64,000 nucleotides of DNA from a virus (taxonomy: Duplodnaviria; Caudoviricetes), in the IMG/VR virus record IMGVR_UViG_3300014039_000017, positions 82,799 through 146,798 of that record; one strand, written 5' to 3'. Position 1 is the first letter of the stretch. Each line of letters begins with the position of its first letter. The translations under genes were made by a program, and so were the position numbers. The notes under the pieces were generated by a model. The model had not been told where the DNA came from. It made no database searches and saw nothing but the letters and a program-made list of their open reading frames with translations. Positions 13,201-24,819 of the stretch are shown here, in pieces.

Positions 13201-14894
13201 GTCCGAGAGAAAGAGAAGCATTACTTTTAGACCCAAATAGAGTATGAAATACAGATATTCAAACATTGTTTCTAGAAACCGCAGCCGCAGCTTGTGTTAC
13301 AAAAGCATCTAAACAAATGATTCCACAATTTTTGGCTTACAAAAGCGCTGTGGTATGAGCCAATAGTATTGGTGGAGCTAAAACTCCAGAGCTTCTAGAA
13401 TGAATGGATAAATACGTAGATAGTAAAGTGCTTCGTAGGAAAATTATGGATGAATCTCTTGATACAGTTAAAGATATAATAAATGCATTAAAGGGTTTTA
13501 CATCATTCATTACTTTAGGTGGTAATACTAGAGCTTTTGCGAGAGAGATGATAGTAGATATATACCAATCAAATACTAGAGCATTTACACAACAGCTACC
13601 AGGTGTAACAAACTCTGATTTTGCTGAAGCGGTAGCCCTTGTTGGACGGCATAAACCATTGACTCTTGAAGGCGAAAATATAATTACAGATATATGCAGA
13701 AGAATGGCAATGTCTTCATATTCTATGACAGAAATGGCAGAGTCTAGTAAAATTAAAAAATATGGAATTAGACAAGGATTCGATAAAATGGCATATTGGA
13801 CCTCTTCTCTACCTGATGACTATTTTAGAATGGCAATTTGTGTAGCAAAAATGTTACACGATGGATGTTTCGATGCTTATGTAGAAGATAAAGACGGAGT
13901 ACATTATGAAATATGAAAGGATAAACGATTTAATAAGCTATTTGATTCTAAAGGGAATATTATAGAGTCAAAAGATACTGATGATATAAAAACCTGAACG
14001 GAACAAAACGAATTATACAAACAATATATTAACGCTTGAAAAATACAAGGAATAGATATTGAATATGGAGATACGTTACCAGATTGCTACTCGCCAGAAG
14101 AAAAAGCAACATTAAGAACAGCGGCATCTAGTTTGTTTGGATTCTTTGATACAGAAGATAAGTCTTTATTAACAGCTACTTTACTTGGTTCTGCATTTAT
14201 GCAATTTAAAACATTTATGAGTGCTAAAATTAATCAGCACGCTAAATCGCCTGGATTCGAAAATCAGTGAAGGACATATATTGAAAAAGATAAAGACGGG
14301 AAAGAAATATGAATGATAGCTAGCACGGAAGAAGAAATAGCTAAGGGAGTTCCTCCGATTCAATATGTTACAAAAGATGAAGTAACTGAAGAAGATATTA
14401 ATAATAAAAATGCGAGACCTGTATTTGTAACAGAAGGAACTTATACTAAAGGTATGATACAAGCTACAGGAAGCGTTTTAATGCAAATAGCAAATTGTAA
14501 GTCTCAAGAAGAATTTAATAAAATACTTAGTGATCCTATTAACAGAGGCCAATTATTAAATGGCCTTATGGATACTTTAGGACTATTAATATTTGCTGCA
14601 TTAATTAAAGCTCTATATGGAGAAGATGTTGTAAATAATAAATCTGAGCAAGATTGGTGAACACAATGATCCTATGGAGTGCTTATGGGATTTGCAGATG
14701 ATGGACCAGTTAATAAAGTAATAGGAAGCGTAGCAGGAAGTATAGAACCACCAGCAATTGGAATTATACAACAATGAGCTAATACTGCTGGATCTGTTTT
14801 ATCTGGAAGTAAATCTATTTGAAATGGTTTAGTTTCATCATTTGGTATGACTAGAGAATGGTCTGGTGCAGGTATTTTAAGTAAACAAAATTAG
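10215..14894 (+). CDS. Large (~1559 aa) virion/RNAP-associated protein with N-terminal PD-(D/E)xK nuclease-like domain (TGA=Trp)
   Basis: Nine same-frame track ORFs separated by TGA. Motifs GEDVH...GRLDLL...IYD-W-KSS...Q.GGY. Stop TAG 14892-14894 before a terminator. Confidence 0.8.
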
Positions 14895-14896
14895 AG

Positions 14897-14944
14897 AAAA
14901 AATAAGCCCCTAATACCAATTAAGGTACTAGGGGCTATATTTTT
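14897..14944. terminator. Bidirectional rho-independent terminator between convergent gene blocks
   Basis: Stem AGCCCCTAATACC / GGTACTAGGGGCT flanked by A-run and T-run at the strand switch. Confidence 0.85.
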
Positions 14945-15200
14945 ACTTAGATTCTTCTTTTTCAGAATACTTTTCTACTTTATTTTTAATAAGTTCTATT
15001 GTAAGTGGACGAATATGCTCATCTATAACTCTTTTATATATACTTTTAAAAGAGTTGATATCTGGAGTTGTTCCATATTTTTCTAGTGACGCATCTAATG
15101 AAACAACCGATGCAACCATACCAAAACATCCACCAAATAAAAATGCAATTATAAGAAGAATAATAACCGCGAGTATTGTAAACACAATTAACATAAACAT
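14943..15200 (-). CDS. Small membrane protein, hypothetical
   Basis: 85-aa ORF with hydrophobic N-terminus. Confidence 0.65.
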   Translation of the reverse strand: MFMLIVFTILAVIILLIIAFLFGGCFGMVASVVSLDASLEKYGTTPDINSFKSIYKRVIDEHIRPLTIELIKNKVEKYSEKEESK

Positions 15201-15874
15201 TTAATTTTATTAAAAAGATCTTTTAATGTTTCGGAATTATCAATTATATAATCGAACATATTAGACTTATATAACATATATATCTCCTGTTCTGAAGCGT
15301 GGTTCCCAGGAATAGCGGAAGGACGATTTATATAAATAGTAATTCCTTTTCTTTTTTTAATTTCATCATATTCAACTTTAAATCGCATATCAGATACAAT
15401 AATATTGTCATAAATATTGTTTAAAGTTGATTCGATTCATAATTTATCTCCAAAAATATCTCTTGCTATATTAGTTCCAAAAGCTTGTAAAAGTTGTCTA
15501 ATTGTAATAAATTTTGTTTTAAAGAAACTAAAATCTTTACTTTCGAGCATTTTATTAAACTTGTTATCTGAAATTGGAATTGCAGAATTAGTTAGAACAA
15601 TCGGATCGAACATAATACACCAGCACTCTTTAAAGTACCTTTTATCAAACATTTTTCTATCAATTCCAGTAATCCCAGATAAACAATCCTTTAAATGATC
15701 TGCAAATGAAACTATTTTATATTTATAATTTATATAATTTCCAAAACATTTATAACATCAATATTGTCTAAGTACTTTAGGAACACTTAGACAATATTGC
15801 AACATTTTAGAAACTTCATCTTTTCCTGAGTTTTTTAAACCACCTATAGCAATAAGTTTATTATCCTGTAACAT
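15188..15874 (-). CDS. Deoxynucleoside monophosphate kinase (TGA=Trp)
   Basis: IAIGGLKNSGKD P-loop, SFADHLK, RQLLQAFGT, IIVSDMRF and HASE motifs. Joins track ORFs 15437 and 15188 via TGA. Confidence 0.85.
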
Positions 15875-16913
15875 TATATGAGATGTTAATTCCAAATTTA
15901 TCTACAAAACCAGCTCTTTTAAGCTCATTTACTGCACTATCCAAATAATACTCACACCCATTTATATAAGTGTCTTTGATTAGTAACTTGTCTTCATCTG
16001 TAACAGGGTCATTATCTCTTGGAACAATATTATACATCCTTAATGGAAAAGAACCAAATCCTCTCCAACCTATAGTATTTTTGACTTGCTCTATACCTAC
16101 GCTATTCCATTCATTTAAGTAACGAACTTTATTTTCTCTAATTCCAAGCATAAACCTAACAGCATTAGGGGTTTTAGATATATTAAATCCTGTAAGCATT
16201 TTTAGACCTAAACCTCTAGTTGTTTCATCGGAGGAATCAAGCATATCACATATAGATTTATATGTATCCGGAGTTAATGCTCCAAAGTTATTATTAATAA
16301 TCTTATCTAGCATTTTATCAGTAATTATGCATGTAGTTTTATTACTCAATACCATATCTACAGCTTTACCGAAACCACATAAAATACTATCGTTTGTACA
16401 ATATCTTACAAATACTACATCTTCAGGAAATATCCTAGATTTAATGTTATCAATATAAGATTTTTGATCTTTTAAGAACAGTTCTTCCTCTTTTGTCTTT
16501 GACCAAGGCGATATATAAATATTTGATTCAGTAAGAAGATAATAACATTCTTTTCCTCTATATAGAATGCATCTATTATTTAAAGAAGCGTCTTTCCATT
16601 TATTGCTAATAACTATATAATCAGCTTTATCAGGAGATAAGCATCTACTAAATTTAGTATCAGACAGCTTAAATCTTGGAAACTCAGAACTAGGTGTAAA
16701 ATATAGTTTATAACTAGATTTAGAACAATCTATATCTTTAGTGCAACTTTCTATATATCGTGTAATATTAATATTTTTTGTGTATAAAGCATAATCGTTA
16801 CACTTATGAAAAGTTGAGTTGCTAACACCCCAAAAGTTAGAAATATTAAATTCTGAAGAAAGCCTTCTAGTATCACAATTAACCTTAACTGGAATATTAT
16901 TATACGTTATCAT
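15861..16913 (-). CDS. Hypothetical protein in the MoxR/VWA cluster
   Basis: 350-aa intact ORF, tightly packed. Confidence 0.75.
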   Translation of the reverse strand: MITYNNIPVKVNCDTRRLSSEFNISNFWGVSNSTFHKCNDYALYTKNINITRYIESCTKDIDCSKSSYKLYFTPSSEFPRFKLSDTKFSRCLSPDKADYIVISNKWKDASLNNRCILYRGKECYYLLTESNIYISPWSKTKEEELFLKDQKSYIDNIKSRIFPEDVVFVRYCTNDSILCGFGKAVDMVLSNKTTCIITDKMLDKIINNNFGALTPDTYKSICDMLDSSDETTRGLGLKMLTGFNISKTPNAVRFMLGIRENKVRYLNEWNSVGIEQVKNTIGWRGFGSFPLRMYNIVPRDNDPVTDEDKLLIKDTYINGCEYYLDSAVNELKRAGFVDKFGINISYNVTG

Positions 16914-19468
16914 TACAGTACTTTATTTCTAATTTTAGTGTTTAACATAAACTTATTAGTCCTATTTGGGAACTTCTTTATAAGATTCCTTATAATATCA
17001 AAAAGAAAATCCTCAGAGAAAATCATTTTCTCATCTGGATTATCGTTACATTCGATAAGTTTAAGCAATCTATCTTGTACAACGTCTGTTTTTGCTTTAG
17101 CCTGTTCAAAATAATAAGCCGAATAATTCAACAATCTTGTATGAAGTATTGCGGCTACATCAGGTCTATAAGTTCCATTAGATGTATATACACATTCTAT
17201 AAGTTTATCTTTAATAGAATCCCAAGGTTTAAGTAATAAATCTTCTGGAGATATAAGTTTATCAAGCTTATTTGCTATAAATGTGGTAAATAAACCACCT
17301 ATAATATTATCTTTATCATCTACAAATGCTCCAGATGCAATTTGATTTATTAAAGCAAGGTTTGTAGGAGTTTCCCAATCGGATATACCTGAAATGGCAT
17401 TTGCAAACATTACATAATTTCTAGCATTAACTGCGTGTTTATGTTGCTCGTTCTCTTTCATTAATTCGTAAGAATATTGTAAAAAGAAATTAATCCTATT
17501 CTTAATATATTGGCTTTTTATCCAATATTTCTTATATTTTCATATAAGAGGAGCATATATCTTCACCATATGGTGCCCCGCGCTCGTGTTGCTTCATAAT
17601 CCGTTCTGGATCGTTTGCATTATGCGTTGAACCTTCTACTTATTCCTAAGCAGCTTGGCTGCAGATTGTCCAATTTTCAACCTTTTTACTATTTCCAAGT
17701 AATTAATTTGGCCATATATATATTACTATACATATTTAGTAGTTGAAACTCTAAGGATTTTCCTGCAATTCACGGGGTTACGAACCTATAATTTTTTTAA
17801 TATTCTATCTTTATATTTATAACAAATTTCATTATCTATAATTACTTTACTTGCACTACTTTTAATAGTTTTATTAAACGCCTCTAAAGTTTCTCAAATT
17901 CCAACTTGATTTCCGTCAATATCATATTCTACAACAATAAATTTTCGTTGTTTTTTTCTATTAATAGAGTTATCTAACTGCTCAGCATGCCCACGAGCAA
18001 TTCTATATTTGTTAAAAAATCCCGAGGAATTATTTAATCTAACTCAAAGAAAATTATGTTTTTGTCGCACCTCTTTTAGAGTTAATCCTGGGAAAAGATA
18101 TTCAGATAAATCTGTTATAGATTTAAATGTTTTTAATCTTTTGCCATATAGATCGTACAAACTACATTCTTTTCGACTTTTTTCTCCGGAATTTGATCGA
18201 TATTTTGGAATTTTTTCAGAAAACTCTCGTCTTCACTGAAATTTACCCGCAGATTGGTTACGTAATCCATTTTCTGGGCTAAATCCAAGAACATGAATTA
18301 CTTCTGCTGAGTTTTTTCATTTTTTTATAAAATTACCATCTAAATCATACTGATAGATAGGATTTTCAATATCTACAAAAATTCCAAAATCAGAATACGG
18401 ATGTAGTTGAGTATTAAAATCAGGAGAATATTTTGTTATAAATTCTTCCTCGGTCTTTAATAAAATTTCTTTGTAATCCGCAGATTTAAATGGTATGATT
18501 CTATTAAAAGATTTTAGAATTTCAATTTCGAAATATTCAGCTCCATATTTATTAAAACAATTTTGCATTTGGCTACTATTATGCCTGTTGCCTAATAAAT
18601 CGTTTCTATGATCTTTTACTCTTTTTCGAAAAGAAATTGTACTCCCAATATAAAACTTATTGTTTTTAGTACAAGTAATTTTATAAATACAAGATACTTT
18701 TGGGCAATCTTGATATTTTACAGTAAATAATTGCATAAAATTTATTTTTTAAGGTTAAAAAATTAAAATTATATGCAAATATAGTGAAATTTATTTAAGA
18801 TAAAAAATATTATTTTTTTAAGCTCGACCATCAATTTGAGCTCGTTCTGCCCATTGAGACCAAGTATTAATGTCAAATTTTATTCTAAACTTCATATAAC
18901 GGCTCTGCATGGCATCATCAAGATCGCTAACATTGTAGGATCCATCATTAGGGTTCTCTGTCATTATAATTGTACTATACTTCGGAAGTTTCCATGAAAT
19001 ATACTCTTGACGGCATACTATTTCCATTGCAGCCTGTGCTATAGCTGGAGTAACTCTAGTCCAATCATCTAGAACGATAATCGACGATTTTTCTGGATCT
19101 AGGGATTTAACCCAAGCAGGAATAGCATAACTCATTCTAGTTTCAGATGTTAGCTTATATCCCATCTGTGTATAAGTTGGAATAAGCTCTGCTGATATCC
19201 ACTCACAACCTTTTTCATCATTGCAAACATAATGTTCCTTTAACGGCCAACCAACAAGGTCGCTAGGATCGCTAATCTGGCTTAGATTTATTTTAACATA
19301 GTTACAATTAAGCTTAGATGCTATTTGGTCACATACTGATGTTTTTCCTATTCCGGCAGGAGATTCTAGGCTCACAGAAATAGGATATTGTCCACAGTCT
19401 TGTAGAGTACGATTGTTTTTAATTATATATAAAAGCAAGTCCTTTGCTTCACTTAAATTTAATTCCAT
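16913..19468 (-). CDS. MoxR-like AAA+ ATPase, 2 exons (19468-18821, 17494-16913)
   Basis: SPAGIGKT Walker A, VLDDWTR Walker B, TENP and D.AMQSR. Splicing gives IDGRA|INFFLQY in frame. Adjacent to a VWA gene. Confidence 0.85.
17786..18736 (-). CDS. GIY-YIG homing endonuclease with NUMOD1-like repeats (TGA=Trp)
   Basis: CIYKI...FYIGS...R...H; QYDLDG repeats. Four in-frame TGA. Ends TAG 17786. Confidence 0.88.
18776..18783 (-). promoter_or_regulatory. -7 element (TATATTTG) upstream of intron #3 endonuclease
   Basis: Matches TAnnTTTG, about 40 nt before ATG. Confidence 0.55.
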
Positions 19469-20589
19469 TATTCTTTTGGCATATATATTGTAGTCCCTGG
19501 AAAATCTTGGTGTTGTCCTACACCTGATATAACCCAAACTACATCTCTTGTTTTGTGTAATTCATTTAAATAAAATTCACCATCAGTAAACATCACTAAT
19601 GTTGAAAATTCTTTTTTATTGCTATTATAGTGATCTATAACTGGATTTAAATCAGTTCCACCTCTACCACATATCTCAATTTCAAATTTACCATTGTATT
19701 CCCAAGTTTTTGTAATCCTTGTATCACACTCATCAATAGTAACTTTAACTCCGGATCTCCATAAGTGATATATTTCTGAAAAAAAGTCCTTTAATTCAGA
19801 CATACTAACACTTCCAGAGGTATCAATTCCAACAAGTATATGGGGTTTTCTAATAAATCGGACACCTCGACCGTCGGGAAATCTTCTAGACGGTCTCATT
19901 TTAGTAAGTTTAAGTTCAGATGTAATTAAATTTCCAATCACTCTTCTAAAATATGCTTTCCAATTAAATACTTGTTTCTTTATTTTAAATAAAGAATCAA
20001 TATATTCTTTAAATTGTCCTGGAATATTTCCGTAAGTTTTCTTGACTTGTTCGGCAGTACTTTTAGCAATAAAATCAACTTGATTTGAGATTAATTGCTT
20101 TTCAGACTCGCTTATATCGCTAGCCTCCTTCCAATTAGAATGGTCGTCTACTAATTCTCCTACACCATTTGACATAGACTCATTTTGAGGAAAGTCTGGT
20201 AAATTATCATAATACCATTTAGTTCCTTTAAATGAATCGAAGTTAAATAATGCAGGATAAACATAAGGGATTTTCTGTAATTCTGGTATTGCAGAATTAA
20301 CTTCTAAGTCAGCCGCATAGTTAAATCTTGTATGATTACTATATTCTGGACCATATATAGGATGTTTATATATTATATGGCTTACCTCGTGTTTAAGAAC
20401 TGCTATAGCTTCAATTTCTGAAAGGGTTTCAAAAAAATCTTTATTAACAGCTAATTCAAAATTAATCCCATTTAATCTAACGCCAGCAGTAGGAACTTTA
20501 TCACTATAAAATCTATTTAAATTTAACATAAAGAGCCCATAGAAGGGCTCCTTTATGAGTAAATTTTTAACACATCTATCTAATTCCAT
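19468..20589 (-). CDS. Metallopeptidase-like (HExxH) + VWA domain protein
   Basis: KHEVSH; DTSGSVS MIDAS; GGT; FTDG. Confidence 0.85.
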   Translation of the reverse strand: MELDRCVKNLLIKEPFYGLFMLNLNRFYSDKVPTAGVRLNGINFELAVNKDFFETLSEIEAIAVLKHEVSHIIYKHPIYGPEYSNHTRFNYAADLEVNSAIPELQKIPYVYPALFNFDSFKGTKWYYDNLPDFPQNESMSNGVGELVDDHSNWKEASDISESEKQLISNQVDFIAKSTAEQVKKTYGNIPGQFKEYIDSLFKIKKQVFNWKAYFRRVIGNLITSELKLTKMRPSRRFPDGRGVRFIRKPHILVGIDTSGSVSMSELKDFFSEIYHLWRSGVKVTIDECDTRITKTWEYNGKFEIEICGRGGTDLNPVIDHYNSNKKEFSTLVMFTDGEFYLNELHKTRDVVWVISGVGQHQDFPGTTIYMPKE

Positions 20590-20741
20590 TTTGCCGTAAC
20601 ATGATTATCACCCCACTTTGGAGGGTCGGTATATATTGGAGTATATGTCCAATTCGATATAGGAGGAACTTCATTATATAGTTCCTTATACTCTTGAACT
20701 GTTAATTCAAGAATTTCTCCGTTTTTCTTAATTAGTTTCAT
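20580..20741 (-). CDS. Small hypothetical protein (53 aa)
   Basis: Fills the gap, with overlapping start and stop junctions. Confidence 0.5.
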   Translation of the reverse strand: MKLIKKNGEILELTVQEYKELYNEVPPISNWTYTPIYTDPPKWGDNHVTAKWN

Positions 20742-20937
20742 TTTTACTAGTCTCTAATTCTACATTAGTATCTTGTATATCATTTGGTACAATTATACAT
20801 TTCTTTATAAAAAGATTTAGAAGATTTTCTGGTCCTCCTATTTTATTTATAAAAGCTGTAACTAATTGCTCCCTAGTAGGCTCTGAAGAAACTTCTAATT
20901 CCATACAAAGCCTATTAAAATATATATTATACTCCAC
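20728..20937 (-). CDS. Hypothetical protein
   Basis: Packed ORF. Confidence 0.6.
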   Translation of the reverse strand: MEYNIYFNRLCMELEVSSEPTREQLVTAFINKIGGPENLLNLFIKKCIIVPNDIQDTNVELETSKNETN

Positions 20938-21913
20938 AGTTAAATTGTTGTTTTAAATTATCAGCAAGTACTTTAAGATCTGGATGAGCTCTTTGTGAGC
21001 ATCTAAGTTCAAAGAAATGATTCCAATCAGATTCAAAACCACATACAAACATTCTAGTTGCCGTGTCATTAGGTAATACACCTCTAGCAAATTGAGGTTT
21101 AATACCTTCATCAAGCAATTTAAAATATTGATATTCGCACGCTTTCATAGTTCTATACCAACAACGAGTTGGATCAGACATTTTAGAATAAGGCTTATCT
21201 ATGTCTTTAATCCAAGTTGGCTGAATAAATTTAACGTTATTATCAAATTTATCTGCGTTATATGCGCAGTATCTTTGCGACTCTTGAATAAAAGACATTG
21301 TTCTATGCCTTACTATTTCATTAGCTATAGCTCTAGAACAAATAAATTCAGCGGTTACTCGTTTTTCGTGATATTGAGTTGGTTCACAAAGATAATTCAA
21401 ATCTTGCTCCCAACCGTTTTCAACGATTACTCGCATATTAGTTGTAATATATTTATCAAGATTAAATACTTTTACAATGCTATACTTATTTGCGCTATAT
21501 TTACTAAAATCAAATAAAGAGCCGGATGGCACTTTAAGATAAACAGTACCAAACTCAAATACACTTAAATGTCCATTCTTTTTAATCATAGCACAGAACT
21601 CTTCTGCTGTACGATTCTCATAAAGAGGACTATCTTCAAGATTTTCTTCTTTATAATTAGAAAGTTCTGGGAATAAATTAACTAGTTTATGCGGAATAGA
21701 TACATAATATCCTTCGTCAAAAAACGGACCTTCTTTTACAAGAATTGAAGGATTAGCTTTAAGCAAATCAATATTTTCTGATTTAGGTATTCTAAAATAC
21801 TGAGTCCCCACACTAGCATAACTAACCCTTCCAGCTTCCTCAATACTACGATAAATATCTTTTAATGTATATCCAGATTGCTTTATTTTTACACTACTAT
21901 TAATTATTTTCAT
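20927..21913 (-). CDS. thyX: FAD-dependent thymidylate synthase
   Basis: GHLSVFE, RHRTMSFIQESQRY, ARGVLP and FFELR..AHP motifs. Confidence 0.93.
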   Translation of the reverse strand: MKIINSSVKIKQSGYTLKDIYRSIEEAGRVSYASVGTQYFRIPKSENIDLLKANPSILVKEGPFFDEGYYVSIPHKLVNLFPELSNYKEENLEDSPLYENRTAEEFCAMIKKNGHLSVFEFGTVYLKVPSGSLFDFSKYSANKYSIVKVFNLDKYITTNMRVIVENGWEQDLNYLCEPTQYHEKRVTAEFICSRAIANEIVRHRTMSFIQESQRYCAYNADKFDNNVKFIQPTWIKDIDKPYSKMSDPTRCWYRTMKACEYQYFKLLDEGIKPQFARGVLPNDTATRMFVCGFESDWNHFFELRCSQRAHPDLKVLADNLKQQFNCGV

Positions 21914-22058
21914 CGTCTATAAAATTATAATCATACCCCATATTTTTAGAGTACATCGCATGTAAAAGATCTATTGCTTCCATTCTTGTATTTGCTGTTA
22001 TCTCTACTATTCTATAATCATCTGTATGATTATTTACTTCAAACATAAATTTAGACAT
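21900..22058 (-). CDS. Small hypothetical protein
   Basis: Packed ORF, likely start MSKF. Confidence 0.5.
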   Translation of the reverse strand: MSKFMFEVNNHTDDYRIVEITANTRMEAIDLLHAMYSKNMGYDYNFIDDENN

Positions 22059-22311
22059 AATTATTATCTTTAATAAAATTAACCAAATCATTTTTTGAAA
22101 TAAACCCTACATGCTTATTAACTTCTTTATTTGACTCGTCTAATAAAACAATAACTGGAAGACTTTTAATATTATATTTATCACACAAAGAATCATTTTC
22201 GTCGGCATCTATTTCTGTAATTGGAAGATAATTAAAGTCCTTTAATTCTTTTTGCAGCAATTTACACTGTGAACATCAGTCCGCGTGAAAAAATAAAATT
22301 TGATTAATCAT
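22051..22311 (-). CDS. Thioredoxin (TGA=Trp)
   Basis: MINQILFFHAD-W(TGA)-CSQCK...KYNIKSLP...VG. Confidence 0.88.
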
Positions 22312-22876
22312 TTTGTTTAATACTTATTTTAGCGATTTTTTCTTTTAAGAGAGCATCATCTGTATATTTTTTAAGTATCTTATATACAGGTTCTTTATAT
22401 TTTTCAAATAATTCTATTTCCTCTTGTTTTGTTTTACATTGTTTGCAGAGTTCGTAATAATCGTTACATACGGAATAATTTTTTATTTTATGATATTCAA
22501 TTATTTGGATTACGTAATTAATATCCTTTAAAAGTTGATAACTACATCCTATACTAGATTTTAATGGTTCTAGTTTTAACTTTTTATCAATATATTTACG
22601 CAAATCAACAGGAATGCATCTACTTAGAAGTTTTACATATTCTTTAATAATATACTTCTTTCCAAGGCAAGAACATTTCCATACCAGCAAATCATTATTA
22701 ACCCCCAAATCCATTCAGTCATCTACTGGTAATGCGAAGATATTTATATCTTGAGGTAAATCTTCTAAATTAAACTTATTAGTATAAACAATTATATAAT
22801 TATCATACAAATAATATGGAAATAAATTATAAATATATAATATTTCTTTATTCTCTATTAGATGTATTAGATCCAT
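22304..22876 (-). CDS. Hypothetical protein (TGA=Trp)
   Basis: Track ORF extends upstream through one TGA to ATG 22876. Confidence 0.6.
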
Positions 22877-23105
22877 TTATTTTATTCCATAATGTGTCAA
22901 ATGATATTTGACGTTGTTTAAATAGATATTCTTCTATTAAGTCAGAATTAATCTCACCAAATATATTTGTTAATAATAATCTTAGCATATATTCATAATT
23001 AGAAACTATGTAATTAAATTCTTCTGATTTATTTTCATAATTTCTTAAATGTATAAGATTTTTATTATAAGTATCTACATATTTTTTAAGTTCACTTTTT
23101 GTCAT
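22848..23105 (-). CDS. Hypothetical protein
   Basis: Packed ORF. Confidence 0.6.
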   Translation of the reverse strand: MTKSELKKYVDTYNKNLIHLRNYENKSEEFNYIVSNYEYMLRLLLTNIFGEINSDLIEEYLFKQRQISFDTLWNKINGSNTSNRE

Positions 23106-23461
23106 TAATCATGTTCATTTTTTCAAATTATATTCATATCAATTTTTTCTTGAAGCTTTTTAAAGTATTCATCAAGATTGTTTAACCAATAGATAAGCTC
23201 TTCTGTGGTGTATCCGAAATCATAGCAACTAAATAAATCAAAAACTTCTTGACACTGTATATTTTCCCCCTCAATATTTCCTATTACACTACCTTTTATA
23301 TCTGGCGTAAAAACAACAGTATTTTTATCTTTGTATATAAATGTTGTTGGTTTATAAATAGGATGTTTCGTTGTCCAATATATACGCGTCTTACCAGCTA
23401 TAGTTTTTATAATATATTTATCTTTAAAATTAGATATTAAATATAAATTTGGAATTATCAT
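23105..23461 (-). CDS. Hypothetical protein
   Basis: TGA readthrough moves the stop to TAA overlapping the next start. Confidence 0.6.
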
Positions 23462-24654
23462 TACATATCAGTTTTATCCCTAACAGATTTTCATACAGGC
23501 TGAAGAGGTATACCATCATCAGATAGATAAAAATAAGTGCACGTAGCCATTTTACCAATAATGCCATTAATATTATTAAACATTTCTTGCTTAAGTTCTC
23601 TAGATCCTACTGGTTTAGCTTTAAATTCCTTACCATCCGATGTTTGCATTTTAAATACCAAATCTTCCACGCCACGTAAACCAAGTTCATATCCTATAGT
23701 TTTAAACTCGGAATCAAGTCTAGATTTAAGTTTAATCATATCTCTAGCTCCAGGGTTATATTTCTTAGTAGGATCTCTTAAAACGGCTCCTTCCCAACCT
23801 TCAGACACAAATTTATTATGAAGATTCCACATAATTTTTTCGTCATTTGGAATTAAAGTTTGTGGAAGAATTTGAATCATTAATTCATCGTCCTTAAAAT
23901 CTCTATTCGGATCAAAGCCCAAACTCAATTCTTCTTTAAATGCCTGAATAATTTTATATCTTTCATAGAAATTAAGATTGGAATCTACAACATCGTATAC
24001 ATAATATTGTAGCTTAAATGGCAATACGCCGCTTTCAAGTCTTGCGCATCCACTAATTTGCTGAAGGGTTTTTCCAAATACAAATCCTTCTCCATCAAGA
24101 ACAAGCGTAGGATGTAATTTAAAATATTCTATAAGTTTTGGGTTGTTACAAATATGGGAAAACGCATAATCATAATTTCCTCCACCTCTAGAAGCTGTTT
24201 TAATTACTCCAGAATCAAAATAGAGCTCTGTTCTAATTCCGTCTATCTTTTTCGAGATGTACCACTCTTTAACTTTAGCTAGGGTGCTTTTAGGGACACT
24301 TTGAATAAGTTTGGCAAGCATTGGTTTAGCTGCTCCATTTTGATCCTGTTTTGTAGTTGGCAACAAAGTGTCTATATCCTGTATTGGATCATTATAGAAT
24401 ACATATCCTTTATCAAGATAACTTTTAATATTAGATTTATACTCTAGCTCCATTTGTTCAGTAATAGTTCGTTTTACTTTACCTTTTTTAATTTCTATAT
24501 TAGGATGTACAGTAAACTTTCCACCTCTTAAACCTGATTCTCTATGAATAATATAAATCTGAAATTGTTCGTTTCATTCAGATTTTATATTAACCTGTCT
24601 TATTTTACCTTTAGAATCTCTAGCAATAAGCGTATCTTGCTTTATAACACTCAT
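23461..24654 (-). CDS. ATP-dependent DNA ligase (TGA=Trp)
   Basis: KPMLA, KIDGIR (KxDG), LDGE, YVYDV, EGAVLR and IKLK motifs. Extended at both ends through TGA. Confidence 0.92.
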
Positions 24655-24780
24655 TTACAAATGTTGCATTTAATTTACCTTCATCATATCCATTAGAATA
24701 TGCTTCATCTATTAAAAAATCTATATAATCTCTTTGTTCTTTAGTTAAAGTATTATAAAATTCTTTTTTAGACATATATA

Positions 24781-24812
24781 AAAATAGGCTAGGTACGTTA
24801 ATACCTAGCCTT
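24781..24812 (-). terminator. Rho-independent terminator
   Basis: AGGCTAGGTA/TACCTAGCCT perfect stem followed by T-run on minus strand. Confidence 0.8.
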
Positions 24813-24819
24813 ATTAAGA

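Larger units (their letters stand above)
17495..18820 (-). mobile_element. Group I intron #3 (in MoxR ATPase) with GIY-YIG homing endonuclease
   Basis: GCT| ... AATAGG|ATT. IGS GGTTCG (17781-17786) pairs with exon CGAGCT. Core AATTGCAGGAAA, AATCTGCAGCCAAG and AAGATATATG. Confidence 0.88.

Noticed and set aside
565-14462. Minus-strand track ORFs within the + strand block (565, 663, 871, 6491, 11183, 11427, 14181)
   Set aside because: Antisense shadows of long code-4 genes, with no motifs.
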